IMG/VR virus record: IMGVR_UViG_3300047321_000299
Direction: 5' to 3' (one strand)
DNA length: 36,507 nt
DNA from: a virus
Shown here: piece after piece, positions 8,555 to 16,228 of the stretch
How the letters are laid out: each line of letters begins with the position of its first letter
Numbering within the stretch: position 1 is the stretch's first letter
Notes under the pieces: generated by a model
Database searches by the model: none
Seen by the model: only the letters and a program-made list of their open reading frames with translations
Told to the model about the DNA's origin: nothing
Program-made: the position numbers and the translations under genes

Positions 8555-8728
8555 TTAGGCGTCGTCGTCGCCCTCGGTGGGGCGAGGCGCGGTGCCTGCG
8601 TAGCCGCGAATCCACGCGGTGCGCAGCACGCTGGTGCGCGGGTACGGGCATGCGGTCGGGGGGTTGCCTTGGCGCCCGGCCTCGGCTCCCTCGGTCACTG
8701 CCCGTGCGATGTCCTCGCGCGTTCCCAT
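8555..8728 (-). CDS. Small Rmf/CrpP-like protein (57 aa)
   Basis: ATG 8728 is preceded by GGAGATGAGG and lies 10 nt after the MuF stop. The translation is MGTREDIARAVTEGAEAGRQGNPPTACPYPRTSVLRTAWIRGYAGTAPRPTEGDDDA. The pattern G..AG..G.....CPY........W..G matches the ribosome-modulation-factor/CrpP fold signature. It is below the track length cutoff. Confidence 0.6.
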   Translation of the reverse strand: MGTREDIARAVTEGAEAGRQGNPPTACPYPRTSVLRTAWIRGYAGTAPRPTEGDDDA

Positions 8729-8737
8729 GTGCTGACC

Positions 8738-10951
8738 TCATCTCCGGTTCTGGTGGTCGGACTCATTCTTACGGGCACCGGATGCCCACCGCTGGGCTTG
8801 GCCGGTGGCCTTCTCGATGAACTCGGCCTGCGTCATGCGGCCGTGTTCGGCCCACCACTCTTTCAGCTCGTCCGACGCGTTCGCGTGGGCGATGCGTGCC
8901 GGGCCAGAGAACAGGGTTATGGGTGCTCGGCCGGCCGCTGCTGCCTTCTTGCTGAGCAGCACACCGCGTAGGTCTTCCTCGGCTTGCAGGTACTGCCGGT
9001 AGATGTACTCGTCGTACAGCTCGCGGGCCTGCCTGCGGGTCAGGAGGGGTGCCGCCTCGGCGGCCTCGGCTCCTCCTGCCTCGGCGACGGCTTCGGCGAG
9101 CTGCTCGGCGAACGCTGCGTCGTCGGCGAGGGCGCCCCACCCTTCCGGGTCGGGGGCGGGGTCCATCGCTTCGGCGAGCGCGTTGCGGTCGGCGAGCAGG
9201 TCGTCGACGGCGTTGCCGGTCGCGGCCGGGTGCGGGAGGTCGACGGCGTCGCGGCTGTCCATCTCCCCCGCAATGCGCAGGATCTCGTCGGGGTGGGCGT
9301 ACTGCATGCACCATGCGAGCTCGTCGTCGCCGACCTGGTCGAGGTCGGCCCGCAGCTCGCCGCTGGGGAAGTGCTGGGCGAGCAGGTCGCGGCGGTGTGC
9401 CTCGGCGGCGAGGGCGTCGCGGTCGGCCGGTGCGTCGCGGTAGCGGGCGGCGAGCTGGTCGTCGGACAGTCCGTGGAGATCGCGGCGCGCCCCGGGGAGT
9501 TGTCCGGCGCGGTCGCGGCGGTCCAGCTCGGACATGACGCGTAGCGCGTCGCTGTCGTCGAGGTGGCCGAACACTTTGCCGAGCTCCTGGTCGGACAGTC
9601 CGAGCAGGTCGTCGGTAAGGCGGCCGCCGGGGGCGGCGCGGTCGAGCAGGGCCTGTTGGTCGCGGCGGTCGGCCTCGGTCTCGATGCGGGCGCGGTCGCG
9701 TTCGGTGAGCTCACCGTGTCGCATGGCGGCTGTCAGCTCGTCGTCGCTCATCTCCCGTGGGGTGAGGTCGTCGCCGGATCGGATGCGGGCGGCCTGCTGT
9801 GCCTCCTCGGGGACCGGGCGGCGAGCAGGGGGGAGGTTCGAGGCACCGGGCTGCTCGCGCTTGGGGTTGCGGCGTAGGTCGGGGTGGGCGGCGAGGTGCT
9901 CGCGCTGGGCGCCCTGCCACTGCCTGACCTTGGCCTCGGCCGCGCGCTTGGCCTCGGGGGAGGTGGCGGCCGCGGCGCGGTTCTTGTGCTTTCGGATGTT
10001 GCGTTCGATGGCGCGCTGCCGTTGGCCGGCCTCGTATCCGTCGGGGTCGCTCTCGGCGTCCTCGGTGCGGGTGAGCCCCGGGGTGTACGCCGATACGGAG
10101 TGACGGCAGTTGGGGTGCTGGAATCCGGCGCGGCGGGCCTCGTCGAGCGATCCGGCGACCCTGACGGGGACCATGCGCCCGTCCTCGATGGCGTGCTCGG
10201 CCTCGACGGTGCGGGCTCCCTCGGCGCCGCTGATCGCCAGTACCTTGCCCTCCCACGGGCGGCACAACGGGCACTCGCGCGGTGCGTTGGACACCACTAC
10301 GAACTGCACTCCGGCCGTGTCCAACGTGCGCATGTGGGCCTCGGTGGCGGCGCGCCCGACGCTGGTGCGCACCGCCATTTCCGCGTACGACGTGAGCTGC
10401 CAACGGCGGCCGGCGCGGTCGCGAAAGCCGGTGATGCCCTCGTCGGCGAACCGGCGCATGGCGTCCTGCGTGGCCTGGCGGCGCGTGCCGGTGCCGAGCA
10501 GGGGCGTGGCGGTGACCTCGGCGACGATGCCGCGGTACCGGTCGTCGACGGCCCGCAGAATGCTGCGGTGGGTCGCGGTGATCCGGTCGACGGTCTCTTG
10601 TGCGAGGCGGTCGACGGCCTGCGCGTTCGGGGTGACGTCGTCGACCAGGCGGCGGGCGTCATCCGACAGTGCGCCGAGCTCGGCGACGGCGGAGCGGTGC
10701 CCCACGTTGTACGCCTCGGCGACCACGTCGAACACTTCCAGCGTGGTCGCCTTGCCGAGCTCGCCGACAACGGCCTGCGAGGCGCGGCGTACGGCCTGCA
10801 CGGCGGACAGCTTCCGCTCGACCCATCCCGGGGCGTCGAGGCCGTCGGCGAGCTGGCGGGCGATGATGCCCAACAGGCGCTGCTCGGCCTGCTCGTACAG
10901 GTCGCGGGTGCCGGTGGCGAGGTCCTCGACCATGCCCGGATGGATCGCCAC
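8738..10951 (-). CDS. MuF-like (SPP1 gp7 family) minor head protein with a 350-aa-plus C-terminal extension (737 aa)
   Basis: The core ...RRWQLTSYAEMAVRTSVGRAATEAH...VVVSNAPRECPLCRPWEGKVLAI... is the Phage_Mu_F signature. GTG 10951 lies 7 nt after TAAGGAGGG. The 83 aa further upstream in the track ORF overlap the portal gene and are Pro/Arg/Ser junk. Confidence 0.85.
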   Translation of the reverse strand: MAIHPGMVEDLATGTRDLYEQAEQRLLGIIARQLADGLDAPGWVERKLSAVQAVRRASQAVVGELGKATTLEVFDVVAEAYNVGHRSAVAELGALSDDARRLVDDVTPNAQAVDRLAQETVDRITATHRSILRAVDDRYRGIVAEVTATPLLGTGTRRQATQDAMRRFADEGITGFRDRAGRRWQLTSYAEMAVRTSVGRAATEAHMRTLDTAGVQFVVVSNAPRECPLCRPWEGKVLAISGAEGARTVEAEHAIEDGRMVPVRVAGSLDEARRAGFQHPNCRHSVSAYTPGLTRTEDAESDPDGYEAGQRQRAIERNIRKHKNRAAAATSPEAKRAAEAKVRQWQGAQREHLAAHPDLRRNPKREQPGASNLPPARRPVPEEAQQAARIRSGDDLTPREMSDDELTAAMRHGELTERDRARIETEADRRDQQALLDRAAPGGRLTDDLLGLSDQELGKVFGHLDDSDALRVMSELDRRDRAGQLPGARRDLHGLSDDQLAARYRDAPADRDALAAEAHRRDLLAQHFPSGELRADLDQVGDDELAWCMQYAHPDEILRIAGEMDSRDAVDLPHPAATGNAVDDLLADRNALAEAMDPAPDPEGWGALADDAAFAEQLAEAVAEAGGAEAAEAAPLLTRRQARELYDEYIYRQYLQAEEDLRGVLLSKKAAAAGRAPITLFSGPARIAHANASDELKEWWAEHGRMTQAEFIEKATGQAQRWASGARKNESDHQNRR

Positions 10952-10964
10952 GGCGGCACCCTCC

Positions 10965-12449
10965 TTACATGGGGAACGTGCCGACGGGGTCGGGTGCGCC
11001 TGCGCCGGTCTCGGCGAGGATCGCGGCGGCCTCGGCGGCGACGGCGGTGTCGTCCCAATCCGGGTGCAGGATCTTGACCTTGGTGCCGGTCGACACGGCG
11101 CCCGCCCGGTTGAGCAGGTCGAGGGTCGTGGCGGTGGCCTGCTCGGACTCCGCGACGCCGTCGCCGAACTCGACGCGCGGCCGCTCCGGCTTGATCGCAC
11201 GGTTGCCGAACAGGGCGGCGTCCAGTTGCAGCATGACGTGCAGCATGTCGGCGAGCGGGTGCCGCCAATAGCCGGTCTTCTTCTTCCGGGTCACCATCGA
11301 CCGCTGATCGCGGCTGTCTACCTCGGTGGCGGTGACGGCCTGGCCCTCGCCGTCGAGGCCGAGAGACTGCGCCGAATAGCCGGCCGACTGCGCGGCCTGG
11401 CGCACGATCGCCTCGACGGTGGCGCGGTGCTCCTCCACCCGGATCGCGAACTGCGACAGGGTGATTGAGTTGCCCTGCTCGGTGGGCGGGATGTTCAGCT
11501 GTTGGAAGACCTCGCGGTCGTCGTCGAAGCTGGCGCCCTCGCCGCGGCCGTTGCTGCGCAGGTAGGCGTCGGGAACGATCAGGCGGGCGCGGGCGAGGCG
11601 AATGTCGCGCATCCACGACGTCCACGTCTCGTCGAGCGCGTCGAACAGGTCGTGAACGCCACCCGCGTAGTCGCTGCGCCCGACGGGGCTGTCTCGGTGC
11701 AGCCGGTTGGGCAGCATGTTCGGCACGTAGGCGGCGGTGAGGTCGCGGATACCCGTGCTGATCGTCTGCCCGTCGCCGTCCTTGTCGAGGGACTCGATAA
11801 GGCCTGTGGTGTCGGGGTGCGCGGTGAGCGGCACAAGGCGGCCGAGGCTGTCCGGTGCGCCCTCGTACAGGCCGTGGCGGATACTGCCGCTCTCGTGCCG
11901 TTCGAGGTGCCGGTAAACGGTCTGCGTGGTGCTGCCGCTCAGCTCACGCCAGAACGTGACGGCGCGCAGCATCCCGAACCGGAACTCCGGTACGGCGCGG
12001 TCCGGCTGCATGACGGTGAGTAGGGGCCGCTCGGCGAGTTCGCGGTCCCAGGTCACGCGCAGGAACACACCGCTAAGGGCGGCGGCCTGCTCGGCTGCTC
12101 CGAGCAGCACCTGTTGCACGCGGCCCTCATCGATGAGCACCGCGAGGCGGTCCTGTGTGGCCGTGTTCTCGACGGTCAGGACGGGCATGGTGGCGAACAA
12201 CAGGTCGGCGCTGGTGCTGGCGATGTCGCCCGGCAACGGGACGTGCAGGCGGTGTTCGCGCTTGTGCGGGTGCTGGATGCGGCGGCGGCCCCATAGCGTC
12301 CGGCGCTCGTTGTGGTGCTGCGCGTGCCCGTAGACGCGGGCGAGGCGGCGGCGGTCGCCGGAGTACCACGCGTCGTCGACGCGCATCTCGGCATAGATCG
12401 GGGCCCACTGCGGGGGCGGCCACGCGGTGCCGTTCTCAGGCAGTGCCAC
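10965..12449 (-). CDS. Portal protein (494 aa)
   Basis: Size, position between terL and MuF, and overall composition all fit a portal. GTG 12449 lies 9 nt after GAGGAGG and is preferred over the TTG at 12467. Confidence 0.85.
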   Translation of the reverse strand: MALPENGTAWPPPQWAPIYAEMRVDDAWYSGDRRRLARVYGHAQHHNERRTLWGRRRIQHPHKREHRLHVPLPGDIASTSADLLFATMPVLTVENTATQDRLAVLIDEGRVQQVLLGAAEQAAALSGVFLRVTWDRELAERPLLTVMQPDRAVPEFRFGMLRAVTFWRELSGSTTQTVYRHLERHESGSIRHGLYEGAPDSLGRLVPLTAHPDTTGLIESLDKDGDGQTISTGIRDLTAAYVPNMLPNRLHRDSPVGRSDYAGGVHDLFDALDETWTSWMRDIRLARARLIVPDAYLRSNGRGEGASFDDDREVFQQLNIPPTEQGNSITLSQFAIRVEEHRATVEAIVRQAAQSAGYSAQSLGLDGEGQAVTATEVDSRDQRSMVTRKKKTGYWRHPLADMLHVMLQLDAALFGNRAIKPERPRVEFGDGVAESEQATATTLDLLNRAGAVSTGTKVKILHPDWDDTAVAAEAAAILAETGAGAPDPVGTFPM

Positions 12450-12666
12450 GGGTGCTCGCCTCCTCAAATGGGATGTGCACGGTGGTGGTCAGTACGTCGT
12501 CGCCGTGGGTGATGCGGCGGCCCTCGCGGTCGCGGACGTACAGCAGGGCGCGCACGCCGTCGTCAACGTCCAGGTGCACGCTGCGCACAAGGGACGGCGG
12601 CAGGCCGAGGGCACGGCACACGGTGCGGACCTGCTCGGTACTCAGGGCGACAGGGATGTCGGTCAT
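12436..12666 (-). CDS. Hypothetical protein (76 aa)
   Basis: ATG 12666 forms an ATGA overlap with the terL stop, and GC3 is high. Confidence 0.6.
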   Translation of the reverse strand: MTDIPVALSTEQVRTVCRALGLPPSLVRSVHLDVDDGVRALLYVRDREGRRITHGDDVLTTTVHIPFEEASTRGTA

Positions 12667-13946
12667 GCGGGGGCCTCCTTCGGCGCGGCGAGTAGGTGAC
12701 GCCACTCGTGGGCGGTGGTGTGGACGGAGTAGCGCAGCGCGTCGGCCGAGTGGTCGTTGACCTTCAACGGCTTGTCCTCGCCGCGCTCGGTCGCTTTCGG
12801 ATCCCAGCTGTAACCGGGCATCTCGGTGAGCAGGCCGGTGCAGCTCTCATGGACGAACAGGCGCCCGGCGGCGAGGACGGACGACACGGAACGGATCCCG
12901 TCCGACACGTCGTTGTTGGCGCGGGTCACGCCCTGGTGCCCGTCGGCCCATAGCTGCGTGATGAAGCTCGCGGCGCTGGGGTCGACGAACGTCCACTCCG
13001 GTGCGACGCCCGGCGGTGTGCCGGGGCCGGCCGCAGGGTGCCGCCACTCGCCGAGCCACTCGCGCAACGCTGCGGAGTACTGCGCGTCCGTCATGCTGCG
13101 GTGCGTGGCGCGGGAGTCGTGGCGCCACTCGGCGCACGCGTACAGGCGGTCGTCGGCGCCGAGGCCGAGCAGGATTGCGGAGAAAGGGTTCGTCGTGCCG
13201 TAGTCGAGGCCGACCCAATAGCGGCGCATCTCGGGGAGGTCGGTGACGACGTGGGCCCGCTCGTCCCACATGTCGTAGATGGCGCCTTCGGCGACCACCC
13301 ACGCCCCATCGATCATGCGGCGGCGCCATAGGCCGACGTACTCGGCTGACAGGTCGGCGACGTACTCGGGCGACAGGCTCGGGTTGTCGGCCAACTTGAA
13401 GTGCCAGGCACGCAAGTTCAGTTCGGCGGCGCGGTCGAGGTATCCGGCTTTGAGCCAGTGCCGCGGGCTGTCGGGGTTGGTCGTCGCGTACAGGCGGGCG
13501 CCCGGCACGGACAGTCGGGCGAGTAGCTGCGTCCAGAATCCCTCGGGCAGGAGGGTCGCCTCGTCGACGTACGCGAGCTGCGCGGTGAGGCCTCGTAGGC
13601 GGCCCTCGGCCCGGGTGTCGGCGGCGCCGATCAGGTGGACGGTGCGGCCGAGGATCGTGGCGGTGGTGGCGCCCCGGGTGTGGTGCACGTGCTGGGCGAG
13701 GGGGCCGAACAGTGCGGCGTCCTGCAACGGCTCGAACACGTTGCGCTCGATCGTCTGGAGCGACCGCCCACAGATGATGATCAGTCCGGACGGGCCGGCC
13801 GTGGCCACGGCGATGACGAACGCGAGCAGGCTTGCGATGGTCTTGCCGGATCGCACGGACCCGTGCCACAGGTTGATGCGGGCCGTGGCGCGGCCGATGC
13901 TGCGCAGCTGCTTTCGGGAGAGGGGGAGCGCGTCGAGGTCGAGCAC
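12663..13946 (-). CDS. terL: Terminase large subunit (427 aa)
   Basis: It has a Walker A motif (GSVRSGKT), a Walker B-like motif (LAYVDEA), and C-terminal nuclease-type motifs (VGLDYG, NDHSADALRY). Confidence 0.9.
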   Translation of the reverse strand: MLDLDALPLSRKQLRSIGRATARINLWHGSVRSGKTIASLLAFVIAVATAGPSGLIIICGRSLQTIERNVFEPLQDAALFGPLAQHVHHTRGATTATILGRTVHLIGAADTRAEGRLRGLTAQLAYVDEATLLPEGFWTQLLARLSVPGARLYATTNPDSPRHWLKAGYLDRAAELNLRAWHFKLADNPSLSPEYVADLSAEYVGLWRRRMIDGAWVVAEGAIYDMWDERAHVVTDLPEMRRYWVGLDYGTTNPFSAILLGLGADDRLYACAEWRHDSRATHRSMTDAQYSAALREWLGEWRHPAAGPGTPPGVAPEWTFVDPSAASFITQLWADGHQGVTRANNDVSDGIRSVSSVLAAGRLFVHESCTGLLTEMPGYSWDPKATERGEDKPLKVNDHSADALRYSVHTTAHEWRHLLAAPKEAPA

Positions 13947-13949
13947 GCG

Positions 13950-14459
13950 TCACCCCCCGTCGTCGCCCCCGTCGTCGTCGGCTGCGCGGGTCAGGGCCTC
14001 GCCAAGGGCGCCGAGCATCGAGCGCACCTGGTCGGCTCCCTCGCCACCCTCGGCGGGGGCGAGCTTGAGTGACTGCTGAATCGCGGTGCCGGTCGCGGCG
14101 ATGATCTGGCGCTGGTCTACGAACCGCGGGCGGTCGAGGTCGACGTGTTGCCACGTGCCGTCTTTGCCTGCGAACTCGCCGTACGTGGTGGGCGCCCACA
14201 GTTGGGCGCGCAGCTTCTCGGCGTCCTGGTGCAGCTGCTCGGCGAGCAGGGTGCGACGCGCGGCGAGGTCGATACGGCGGGCCTCGGTGGCGGCGATGAC
14301 CTCGGGCCCTCGCTCGAAGCTGAGGCCGAGCTCCTCGGCGAGCTTCGAAACGGTCGAGGTACTGCGCTTGATCTTCTTGGCGATGGCGTTGCGGGTCATG
14401 CCCGCGGCGTGGTGGCGGCGCACTGCTCGCCGGTCGGTGTCAGTGATGGGTCGGCCCAT
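13950..14459 (-). CDS. terS: Terminase small subunit, putative (169 aa)
   Basis: It lies immediately upstream of terL. It has an N-terminal HTH (RNAIAKKIKRSTSTVSKLAEELG) and an acidic C-terminus. A GAGGAGG SD lies upstream. Confidence 0.65.
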   Translation of the reverse strand: MGRPITDTDRRAVRRHHAAGMTRNAIAKKIKRSTSTVSKLAEELGLSFERGPEVIAATEARRIDLAARRTLLAEQLHQDAEKLRAQLWAPTTYGEFAGKDGTWQHVDLDRPRFVDQRQIIAATGTAIQQSLKLAPAEGGEGADQVRSMLGALGEALTRAADDDGGDDGG

Positions 14460-14604
14460 GGGCGCGTCACCTCCTCGCCGCGGGGTGCGGGCATGCGAAA
14501 CGCCCCGCCGGGGGGGATGACGGGGCGTTCGGGTCTCTTATGGCGCCGCCCGTTTCCGGGCACGCCGGGGCCGCTCTCCACGATAGGTCACGGAAAGGTC
14601 ACGG

Positions 14605-15129
14605 TCAAAGAGGCTTGGGGTCGGGGCACGTCACGGCGAGGCCGGCCTTTCCGCCGTAGATCTGCGCGGCGTCGTCGTCGGCGCGCCACTCGCCGCGGCA
14701 CACGATGACGGCGGCGTCTCGACTGCGGACGGTGCCGATCTCGAATGCGCGGGGCCCGTCAATGCGCTTGGCGTAGTCCCGTATGGCGGCCTCGGCCTGC
14801 TCGGGTGTGGCCTTCGGCATGAGCAGGTCGGCGCGCCCCTGCTTCCCGCCGGTGTCCTCGTTGATGACCTTGTACGCGGGGGCCTTCGGCGCGGTCTTGG
14901 TGGCGGCCTGGTCGTCGTCGCCGGAACCACCGACGGCGGCCGCCACGATCAGCGCCGCGACGATGGCACCGACGGCAAAGGGCCACCGAGGGCGTTTGCG
15001 CGGCGGGGCCGGTATCGGGTGCGGCGGTTGCTGGTACTGCGGGGCGGGCTGCGCGGGCTGCTGCTGTCCCCACGTCACGTACTGCGGCGGCTGCGGCGGC
15101 TGGTACGGCGGGCGGGGCGGCTGCGACAT
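14605..15129 (-). CDS. Membrane-anchored protein with Pro/Gln-rich N-terminus (174 aa)
   Basis: The internal ATG at 15129 has a GAGGAG SD 6 nt upstream. It has PPYQPPQPPQY repeats, one TM helix (WPFAVGAIVAALIVAAAVGG), and then a roughly 90-aa extracytoplasmic domain. Confidence 0.7.
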   Translation of the reverse strand: MSQPPRPPYQPPQPPQYVTWGQQQPAQPAPQYQQPPHPIPAPPRKRPRWPFAVGAIVAALIVAAAVGGSGDDDQAATKTAPKAPAYKVINEDTGGKQGRADLLMPKATPEQAEAAIRDYAKRIDGPRAFEIGTVRSRDAAVIVCRGEWRADDDAAQIYGGKAGLAVTCPDPKPL

Positions 15130-15303
15130 GAACGCTCCTCGTGTGCAGGTGGGATGTATGTGCTGTGACGGTTCTGTGTGCCGCATGGTTGCAGAGCGGT
15201 CGGCGCGGTGGCGCTGCCTGTGCCCGCACGACGGGTGTCGCGTCCGGACATACGGCTGCGCCCCGCCGTGTCGTACAGCGGGGCGCAGCGTGTCGTGCGG
15301 GCG

Positions 15304-15588
15304 TCATACGGCCTGGTCAAGGGCCTTTGATGCGTCGTACGGGGCGAGCTGGTGAGCGAGGATCTGGGGCGTCGTGCCGGGCGGGTAGTGCCCGCTTGCC
15401 CATGCTGCGTGATACGCGTTCGCGACGATGTACAGGGCCTGTCGTACGGCGTCGGACGCGTTGCAGCCGGTGCGCATGATGACGGCGAGGTCGTCGCGCA
15501 TGCCCTCGTCGAGCACGCGGACCGTGACCGGCTTGCCTACCTCGGGGATGGCGTTGGTGTCGGTCTGGGTAGTCTTCGGCTTAGCCAT
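15304..15588 (-). CDS. Hypothetical protein, possibly ribbon-helix-helix DNA-binding (94 aa)
   Basis: The start is the internal ATG at 15588 of a junk 522-aa track ORF. The segment KPVTVRVLDEGMRDDLAVIMRTGCNASDAVRQALYIV has a strand-helix-helix pattern, but the functional call is weak. Confidence 0.6.
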   Translation of the reverse strand: MAKPKTTQTDTNAIPEVGKPVTVRVLDEGMRDDLAVIMRTGCNASDAVRQALYIVANAYHAAWASGHYPPGTTPQILAHQLAPYDASKALDQAV

Positions 15589-15665
15589 GGCGGGGTTTGC
15601 TCCCGGTGTGGTGAGGGCCTGTTCGCGATGTGGAGTCGCGGGCGGGCCCGTTTGCGTGTGGTGGG

Positions 15666-16175
15666 TCAGTTGGTCGCGCGCTGCTCGCGCCGGACGCGGT
15701 AGACGTACGAGGGCGTGAGGCCGAGGTCTGCGGCCGTGTCGCCGACGTTCACCCCTGCGTCTGCGTCCGCGTAGATGAGCCGCGGGGTGATGGCGACGGC
15801 GGCCTCGGCAGCGAGGCGCAGCGCCCGTACCTGGCTGGTGTCGAGGCGGTCGGCGAGGCGGTCGAGCAGGGCGGCGCGGCGGTCGGCGTCGTCGGCGGTG
15901 TCGGCCCACTCGTCGGCGATGGCGCGCACCTGCTCGAACGGGTCGCGGTCCTCGTCCGGGTCGGCCCCGGCGGCGATCCGCTCGGCGCGGCGCTCGCGCT
16001 CGAACTGCTCGACCGCGGCGAGCAGGCTGGATTGAAGCCGGCCGAGCGGAGCGGCGCCGTGCTCGGCGAGCAGGCGGTCGATGTCGGCGACCTGCGCGGC
16101 GGGTGCGGCCGGTAGTTCGTCCTCGGGGGTGCGGCGGTAGTGGTCGGTGGTCGGCTGCTCGTCGCTGGTGCTCAT
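15666..16175 (-). CDS. Hypothetical protein with C-terminal HTH (169 aa)
   Basis: ATG 16175 has a GAGGAGAA SD. The body is acidic and helical. The C-terminus GVNVGDTAADLGLTPSYVYRVRREQ is HTH-like. Confidence 0.7.
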   Translation of the reverse strand: MSTSDEQPTTDHYRRTPEDELPAAPAAQVADIDRLLAEHGAAPLGRLQSSLLAAVEQFERERRAERIAAGADPDEDRDPFEQVRAIADEWADTADDADRRAALLDRLADRLDTSQVRALRLAAEAAVAITPRLIYADADAGVNVGDTAADLGLTPSYVYRVRREQRATN

Positions 16176-16195
16176 ACGGGGTTCTCCTCGGCGAG

Positions 16196-16220
16196 GGCCC
16201 GCCCCGGTGTGGGGCGGGCC
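16196..16220 (-). other. GC-rich intercistronic stem-loop, copy B of a duplicated element
   Basis: GGCCCGCCCC-ggtgt-GGGGCGGGCC forms a 10-bp perfect stem. It starts 9 nt after a TAA stop and lies just upstream of the next SD. It is near-identical to 24916-24940. Confidence 0.8.
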
Positions 16221-16228
16221 GGGGTGGG

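Noticed and set aside
10952-11200. N-terminal 83 aa of track ORF 8738..11200 (820-aa form of MuF). Analogous 5' extensions occur in 3766..4659, 4760..5515, 5188..5838, 5535..6050, 15304..16872, 15666..17153, 17239..18717, 19683..21068, 20702..21730, 21798..22337, 22432..23421 and 27751..28551.
   Set aside because: The extensions overlap the upstream gene in another frame and are Pro/Arg/Ser junk. An internal start with an SD or a 4-nt stop/start overlap is present in every case.
15629-15638. Shared upstream 10-mer TGTGGAGTCG (also at 20624-33; TGTGGAGCG at 17141-49) as a phage promoter motif
   Set aside because: Hundreds of chance 10-mer pairs are expected in 36 kb. The distances to the start codons differ (about 17-50 nt), so there is insufficient support.
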